A DNA stretch of 64,000 nt from the human T2T-CHM13v2.0 reference genome, Homo sapiens. Location: NCBI RefSeq assembly GCF_009914755.1, contig NC_060945.1; one strand, written 5' to 3'. Of this stretch, positions 56,448 through 64,000 are shown in pieces (the first letter of the stretch is position 1; each line of letters opens with the position of its first letter). The translations under genes were made by a program, and so were the position numbers. Under the pieces are notes generated by a model that saw only the letters and a program-made list of their open reading frames with translations, did not search any database and was not told the DNA's origin.

Positions 56448-56672
56448 GCTAGCTGCACGGTGGCTAGTGGCACCGTGGCTAGCTGCATGGTGGCTAGTTG
56501 CACCGTGGCTAGTGGCCTTATGCCTAGCTGCACTGTGGATAGCTGCACCGTGACTAGTGGCACCGTGGCTAGCTGCACCGTGGCTAGCGGCATTGTGGCT
56601 AGCTGCACTGTGGGTAGCTGCACCGTGGCTAGTGGCACTGTGGCTAGCTGCATCTTGGCTAGCTGCACCGTG
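56448..56672. repeat. 15-bp minisatellite GCTAGCTGCACCGTG x15
   Basis: 15 in-register units counted. Confidence 0.97.
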
Positions 56673-56751
56673 GCCTGCAGTGCGGGCATGAGGCTCACAC
56701 TGCCAGTGGCCGTCTGTTCTGCTTCCACACTGTTGTCCTTGTCCCCTGCAG

Positions 56752-56802
56752 GTGTCGGCACATCTGAAGCTTCAGGAGAAGGATGAAGGCAGAAGGGAAA
56801 TG
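56752..56802 (+). CDS. ABCG1: ABCG1 51-nt exon VSAHLKLQEKDEGRREM
   Basis: ttgtccttgtcccctgcag| acceptor, ATG|gtaagt donor; phase 0-0; bridges Q-loop and signature exons in frame. Confidence 0.96.
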
Positions 56803-58212
56803 GTAAGTGGGTTGTTTGGTGCCCACAAGTGGTCCAGAAAGTGCATGACGTGCATGTGGAAGGTGTGCCTGCCGGGGCATTTTGGCATTGGCTTTTGTTT
56901 GTTGATTTGTTTTTGCCTTGCCTTCCGTGTGTGGGACAGGCAACATTTCAGGGAGTGCTGTGGCCTGCAGCAGCCAGAGGCCAAGAAAGGCAGATCTGGT
57001 GCACACGCTCATGGCTTTGATTCTCAGATTCAGGAGTCGGAATGTAATGTGAGGGACAACAGACTTGGCACTCATGGGGCCAGAAGATGCCAGCTTCAGG
57101 GTTAGACCAAGAGTGCTGCCCTTTTAGTGTTTAATATGATCGATATTAAATTTTTTATAAGACAATAACAATGAAGATGGTTAGTCATTCGTTTAAAAAT
57201 AACCACCCTCCATCCACCTACACTTGCAAGAAGAAATTTAGTTCTTACATGTTATTAACCGGCCTCTTAAAAAAGAAAATAAATACGTTTCCAGGATGAT
57301 GAAGACTTTCTAATCCCTTTAGCCATTTTTTTTTTGGCTTCCTAAACCCAGGGAGCAGGGACAGATGCAGGTGGGCAGAGCCAGGGGGAGCAGCAGAAAG
57401 CCACACAGAGGAAGGAGGCCACCAGCCTGGACTCACACACCCTCCACGGGAAACCCACTGTCCTCCTCTCCACTGCAGCTAGTGCTGGTGGGATTTTCAG
57501 TGTGAGATGGAATTTGGGGAAACCCCCCTTCTATAAGATTATCTTTCTCTCCTAACACCCTTAAAGGCTCACAGTCTGGCAGCAGCTGAGAGTGGGGTTT
57601 GCCGGGTTAGTGCCAATGGCTCGACATGGCCCTTTGTGTTCTGGTATAAAATGAAGTGATTGATGGGACAGAGTCAAACATACTGAGGAACAGTCATAGC
57701 AATTCTATTTCCGGCATTTCCCCCTCTCCGGTCATCTGTAATAGCTAATATTAAGTAAATGTAAACCACTTTGGTATGGAAAAAAAGAGTTGGACAACCT
57801 TAATGCTCCTCCTCCCCCATCAACTGTGCCCTTCAAAACTCAGGATTCAGCCCGTGTCACCGGGGCTGGGGGGTGAAATGCCCGGTGCAGGTGGAAAGAG
57901 CCTAATGTCTGAGAGAAGGAAAATGACTCTTTGTTGCTACAGAAAATGTTCTGTGTGGAATTCTTTTATTCTGAGATTGAAAAGAAAATGGATGAGTAGA
58001 ACCCAAAAGAGAGAAAATGTGGAAATCACATGTGTTCCTGGCCCTTCATGGGGGCAGAAGACCCAGCCTTGTGAGTTTATTGTCTAGGCTGAAAGGCGAG
58101 AGCCCCCTCTGGATAGTGTTTTCTAAACAATGTAACGTAGACACCCCCCCACAACACACACACCACCTCCCAAGCCCGAGAATGTTACTTATACCAAGTT
58201 ATGGAAGATGAG

Positions 58213-58584
58213 TGTTATGGCCTGAATTCCCCCCAAAAGATGATATGTTAAAGCCTACGCCCCAGAAACCCAGAATTGGCTGTATTTGAAGATCGGGTCT
58301 TTACAGAAGTAATGAAGTTAAAATGGGGTCATATGGGTGGGCCTCAGTCCAGTCTAACTGTGTCCCTGTAAGAAGAGGAGAGGAGGACCCAGACACACCA
58401 AGGGATGGCCCCGTGAGGACACAGGGAGGAGGCGGCATCTGCCAGCCCAGGAGAGGGGCCTCAGGAACCAACCCTGCTGCCCTCGATCTCAGACTTTGGC
58501 CTCCAGAATTGAGGCGGGAGTTTCTGTTGTGGAAACCAGCCAGTGTGGGGGACTTCGTTACGGCAGTGAACGTAACAAACGAGA
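58213..58584 (+). mobile_element. MLT1A/B-like (MaLR) LTR relic
   Basis: tgttatggcctgaat...tatttgaagatcgggtcttta...gggtgggcct..tccagt...taagaagagga...gcctccagaattgag. Confidence 0.82.
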
Positions 58585-61500
58585 GCCTTAGTTCCAGGCA
58601 CACAGAAGAACATGGAGAAAAGCAGGTGTCAGAGCTGAGTCTCGGCGAAGTCTCCCATGGGAGATGAACCCAAATCAACAGAACGGGGCCCTGGGATTGA
58701 GCCAGGGCGACCTTCACTCTCCCTGTCTGAGGTCAGTTTTGCCACCCCCCAGTCCTGGGCCCTCCTTGCCATCAGCTACAGGACAAGAGGAGAGGCCGGC
58801 AAGAGTGTGCAGGGCCCCCATGAAGCAGAGGCTTTTCCACCCAGAGACTCAAGAAGCTGCTCCTCCCGAAGCCTGGATGCAGTGCCCCTGGATCCGCCTT
58901 TCAGGGCCCTCCTTCCCATCCCCCGGCCTCCCTGCTTTCATGGGGTGTCGGAAGCACAATCCAATCTCTTTGTCTCGGATAGCCCTCCATCGAGGTCCCA
59001 AAGACCCCTCCAGATGCTGGCCTGCAAGCTGAGGGGCGGCTGTGGGGGCTCCAAGGAGAGACGGTGGAAGTGGTCACTGATACTCGGCGTGGAGGAGGAG
59101 CCAAGAGCTCTGGAGAGGGAGGCGCTGGAGAGAGGGAATTCTGTCTCTCTGACCCAAAATAAGGCCCAAGGACAGAGCAAACGGTGGAGAGGGTCTCGGG
59201 GATCACCGGAGGCCGGGGGAGCAGACGCAGGAGGCGGAGGGCGGAGAGACTTGCTAACACGGAGAGGCCCTGTGGTGAAGTAGAGCTGAGCACACGGGGG
59301 AGCCCTCCATCCTGGCCTCCTGGAACCCACCGGATGGCCTTGGGCCACTGCCTGCTGTGCCCCGAGCCGAGCTTCACCTGTAACGTGGGGACAGGAAGCC
59401 AGGCCCCACCTGCCTTTTGGGGCAGTGCAACCTGAACTGGATGGTTTCTTTAAGGTCTCTGAGCTCGATGGAGCCCATGTGATCCATATGGGAGGGGCTG
59501 TGGGATTGCTTCCCTGCAGCATAAGGCGACAGCCACCAGCCTTTTCCGGGGTAGCTGGTGAAAGTCGCTCTCCCCATGGGCTGGGCGCACAGTGAGTGCT
59601 GCTCAGCAGGCTCCGTGCTGAAGTCACAGCAAGCCAGGCCCTTGGCCTGCCGGAGCTGGAAGACCCAGAACAAGCTGGCATCTTGGTGGAGAATGGAGGC
59701 GCCTCCCAGGAGTAGCTACACGGGACCCGAAGGCAGATGGCACCCATAGGTGTGTGTCCTCGTGGTGCCTGGGCCCTGCCTAAGACACGGCCCGGATGAG
59801 AGCCTCCAGCTATTTTCAACTGGGTTTACAAGGGCAAAAATATCAGCTCATGTGGCTGAATCATCCCTGAGGGGTGAGCCCCTGGCGCCGTCCTCAGATT
59901 CCTCTTCGGCTGGATTGAACAATGCAGAGAGCCCTCCCCACAGGACCTGGAGGCCACGCTGCGTCCTGCACATGCTCCTCACCAGCAGACCCAGCTGTTC
60001 CTCAGCCATGGCACAGGTGCATGCCTCGCCATCGGGCCCACCATCAGGATTGCTTCAGGAGAACAGGGCAGCAACTTTGTGCCTTCACTCACTTCCCTCC
60101 AACCCCCGATGTGCACCTAGGTCAAAGTTCTCTCTCTGTCTCATGGAAACACAATGGGATGGAATGTTCTAGAAGATCATGGAATTTTTGCTGTGTTGTT
60201 CACGGCCTTCCTTAATTCCCAGCAAAGCAGCCTCAGCCCTCCAGAGCCCTCCAGCAAGGCCACTTCCTCAGGAGTGAGGTCTCCAGGGGCAGCCTGGGCT
60301 GCCGAGATCCTCCCTGGAGCGCCCGCCGGGAAGCCCCAGAGGGGCTGGAGCTACAAGTGGCCTTGCAGGTTTTTTGTTTGTTTGTTTAGGGAAAATGTAT
60401 AAATAACTGAGATCATTGTTTGTTCTTTCTGACTAGTCTTTAAAACAGAACCCTTCTGGGTGGCATCACTCCTGAGCGGACACTGGAGAAAGTGGGGTGG
60501 GCCCAGCTCATGGGCAGGGGTGCGGAGGGAAAGGCACCCACAGCGGCCTCCGCTTCCAGCATCCCCTCCGTGAGGGTGGAGGGAGAGAAGAAGATGTGCC
60601 GCATGTGTGGGGCCCCCACAGTGAGCCTGGAAGCACCAGAGCCACTCAGTCGGTCAAGAGCGTCGCCCAGTGGTTCCAGAAGATCTGGAGGCCTCGTCCT
60701 GGGAAGACCAGCAGTCGATGCCAGCTGGGAAGAGGGCTCTGCCCACCTTGCACGCCCCCCACCCACCAGCCTTTTCCAGACAGCCTTCCAGAAGCTGTTT
60801 CTGGGTTGGCGGCCCTCAGAGCCAGGCATCCAGCAGAGGCACCAGGGCTGGGGTGAGGGCATCAGCAAGGAGGTTCAGGACAGGGCTGGAGCCCAGGTCG
60901 GCTGACCCTGTACTGCCACCTGCCCTGGCCTGTCCAGCAGCCGTGCCCCGGTTCTTTCTGTCACCAAAGCTGCACTTTGTACCGACTGTGCATAAATAAT
61001 TCAGAAGCTCAGAGTGGAAATTTTCTTCCTCGTGAGTTTTTCCTCCCTTCAGATGACTTCATCTCCCTAGAGGAGCCGCTGGAGTAGGGTCCGCTTGCTA
61101 TGGCTCCCAGGGGCCGGCCACCACAGGGCTGCCCTGGCAGGGTGGGGACAATAGCTGGGTGAATGCTGGAGGGAGCTCCAGGTGGGCTGTCCCCAGGGTA
61201 GGGAGGCAGGGATGGCAGTGGCTGACCCAGGGCCTGCTTCTGAGATGATGCTGGGGCTGAAAGCAGCACCAAGCCAGCACAGAAATCTGCTGACCTTCGT
61301 GTTCCCTGAGTCGATACAGGATCAATAATCCGGAGCAGACAGGGAGGGCTCCGTGCGCAGTGCCCTGCTTGTTCCTGGCGTGCAGCCTGCTTCCCAGAGC
61401 CTGTGCCGTGGTGTGGCTACCGTGGGTCATGACTGCTTTGAGGGGTACTGCAGATCTGTTTCGTTGCCTTCCTGGCACCTCAGAGACCTTGCTTTCAAGT

Positions 61501-62085
61501 CAAACCTATTTACAAGAACAAAAGTGACTCTGTCCCCCTCCCCGAGAGCCCTGGTGTGTGTGACCGTGTTCCTGCCCTTAATGCCTACCTCAGCGATGAC
61601 AAGAGTGCTGGGAACAGCCCCCACGGACTCCATGCTGCTCTGTGCACTCTGCATCCACTCTTTCAAGTAACCATCACAGCGACCCTCCCCTTCGTTCTGG
61701 GCAGAAACCACCAGAAATTGTGCGTCCTCTCATGTGTCCATTCATCAAGTATTGACTGGACACCTTCTCCGTATGGGGCACTGGGCTAGGCTTAGCAGTG
61801 AGGAACGTGCCCTGGGCACCTGCCAGAGGCCATATGACTGATGAGGATGCAGGCCCTTGTATCTGACCCCAGCACTGTTGCACAGCCTCTGGGCAGTGCA
61901 GAGCCTCTGGGCAGTCTCTGTCCCTCATCAGGACGGCTGATGTGGAAATGGCACCTGCCCCACTTGGCACTGGGCAGCCTGGAGTGGGTTCGACTTGCGT
62001 GGCCTCCACGTGGGCCAGGCACGGTGTGTCCAGCAGGCTGAGGGCGGCTGGCAGGTCTTCCTGCATGGGCCATGGGAGGTGGTGA

Positions 62086-62277
<192 letters not shown>

Positions 62278-62674
62278 TAAGTCAGGAGCATCTGAGCTGG
62301 TGTCCAGGGGCAGGAAGAACCCCCTGTATTCAGCGGTTCTTCCAGGTGACCCTGACATCCTGATGTAGCCTCAGAGGGGGTGAGTTGAGCTCACCCGGCG
62401 GTTCCTCCTTCCATCTGGGACCACTGGGCAGAAGAGCTGACTTATGCCCCCTCTCTCACTCACTCTGTGCTCAGGCCTGCAAGGCTTGTGTTGACCCTGG
62501 GGGTATGGCTTTGGGGGAAACGTCCTTTCACGATGCATATCTCTTCCATGACACCAAGTTCCCCGTGGCTCAGCCACTCTGAGGGCCAAGGTCACGGGAC
62601 GACCTGGGAAACGGTGTGTCTTCAGGTGTGTTCTGGAAACGCCCTGCAGTTTAGCACAGCAGAGGCTCGGAGAT

Positions 62675-62806
62675 GCCTGCAGGACAGGATCCTGCCTCGG
62701 TTGCTCACCAGCTCTCTATACCCACGGGCGCTCTGACCCCGCCTGCAGGACAGGATCCTGCCTCAGTTGCTCACCAGCTCTCTATACCCACGGGCGCTCT
62801 GACCCC
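62675..62806. repeat. 66-bp tandem duplication x2
   Basis: Units start at 62675 and 62741; one mismatch. Confidence 0.97.
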
Positions 62807-63490
62807 TTTCCTGGGTGATGCCCTTTATGTTTGGGGCTCCCTGCGGAATCACTACCCTGGAGTCCTGGATCTGGTGCCCCCAGCCGCAGGTTGAGCTCGC
62901 CTGACTCCTGCATGTGTCCTGTCCAGTTGTCCCAGGCAGGATGGGTGGCCAGGAACCAGGCTTCTCCTGAAATGACTTCAGCCAGACTTTACGTTGTCTC
63001 ATTTCTGCCACTCACTCACCTCTCCAAAGTCCAGCGAGATTTGACAGTAGTGTGACAGCAGCCTTCTGAGGGGGGGATGGCGGGGCTCACTTGTTTCCTT
63101 CTCTTGGGCCTGCACAGTAACAGCCCACAGTGTCTATAAGATACTTCAGGAAAAGAGACCACAATGAACCCTTGAATAGCATCTTGCAGGCTGAATGCCC
63201 TGAGATGGGTGGGCTCCGGGGGACTGCCCAACACACACTGTCCCCCGGGCCTGTCACTTCAGAGTTGAGGGGATGAGAGCAGGAGTAGATCTGAGGGGCT
63301 AGGAAAGGAGAAGAGAGGTCCCCCCAGGACCCTGCTGGACAGTGAAACACCTGCTGGAGTAAAGCCCACCTGGGCTGCAGCAAGGCCACCTTCTATGGGG
63401 TGATGCCCCCATCGCCAGCCCCATAGATGGGAGGTGGGGAGTGGGGGTGGTGACTGCGGGGCACTAGACCACCTGAGGCACAGCTGCCTG

Positions 63491-63797
63491 CCTGGACAGT
63501 TGTGAAGTCCCCCCCCACCCAAATGAGTGGGGAACCCCCACCTCTTTCCCACCTGGACAGTTGTGAAGTACCCCCCACCACCCAGATGAGTGGGGACCCC
63601 CCCACCTCTGTCCCGCCTGGACAGTTGCAAAGTCCCCCCGCCCAGATGAGTGGGGACCCCCCCACCTCTGTCCCGCCTGGACAGTTGCGAAGTCCCCCCG
63701 CCCAGATGAGTGGGGACCCCCCCACCTCTGTCCCGCCTGGATAGTTGTGAAGTCCCTCCCTGCCCAGATGAGTGGGGACCCCCCCCCAGTCCTGGAC
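63491..63797. repeat. ~60-bp C-rich minisatellite x5
   Basis: cctgga(c/t)agttg starts at 63491, 63552, 63616, 63676 and 63736. Confidence 0.96.
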
Positions 63798-64000
63798 TCT
63801 GGCAGCAAGGCTCGCTGGGGTCCCTCCGTTCTTACCAGGAATAAAATGCAACATGCAAAGCCCTGCTGTGTGCCCTGCCACTGAGCAGCAAAACAAACAG
63901 CAAGAGCAGAGCCCGGCCTGGGACGGGGCAGCTGCAGCTGCAGCCCCTGATGCCAAGCCCTCTGGGACAGGAACTCCCTGGACCCCCGGAACCTGGGGCA

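Noticed and set aside
56225-56786. Pentapeptide-repeat-like ORFs (LATVQ)n and (VASCT)n
   Set aside because: Simply translations of the 15-bp minisatellite.
58938-59819. Longest ORF in the track (293 aa, minus strand) and similar GC-rich ORFs (e.g. 40996-41637, 44470-45150, 19792-20403)
   Set aside because: Low-complexity P/S/G/R composition, overlapping ORFs on both strands, and no recognisable domain or splice structure; expected by chance in GC-rich introns.
63491-63797. CRISPR-like appearance of the tandem arrays
   Set aside because: No unique spacers, no cas genes, and a eukaryotic intron context.

Overview
Primate (apparently human) genomic DNA covering the 5' half of ABCG1, the sterol-efflux ABC half-transporter, on the + strand. 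It contains the end of an alternative first coding exon (MRISLPRAP...) and five internal coding exons with canonical GT-AG sites and consistent phases. These encode the N-terminus, Walker A (GPSGAGKST), Q-loop, signature (LSGGQ) and Walker B (MFFDE). The gene runs off both ends of the window. The 45-kb intron (5972-50926) holds a CpG island with an LXR-type DR4, and three extra exons that splice in frame onto the Walker A exon to give an unrelated ~200-240 aa N-terminus. Elsewhere are a 5S rRNA retropseudogene, 13 Alus, five LTR relics, MIR/L2/MER5 fragments and several VNTRs. I found no new multi-gene system. The most interesting unexplained structures are: a 257-bp dispersed duplication whose conserved half is bounded by an inverted repeat; a duplicated 28-bp CArG/GGAAAA module; an overlapping ORF ending in an AUGA stop-start; RBFOX motifs and a quasi-palindromic VNTR around the 51-nt exon; and inverted Alus around the Walker A exons. 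Repeat subfamily names and literature links are from recall and need confirmation.
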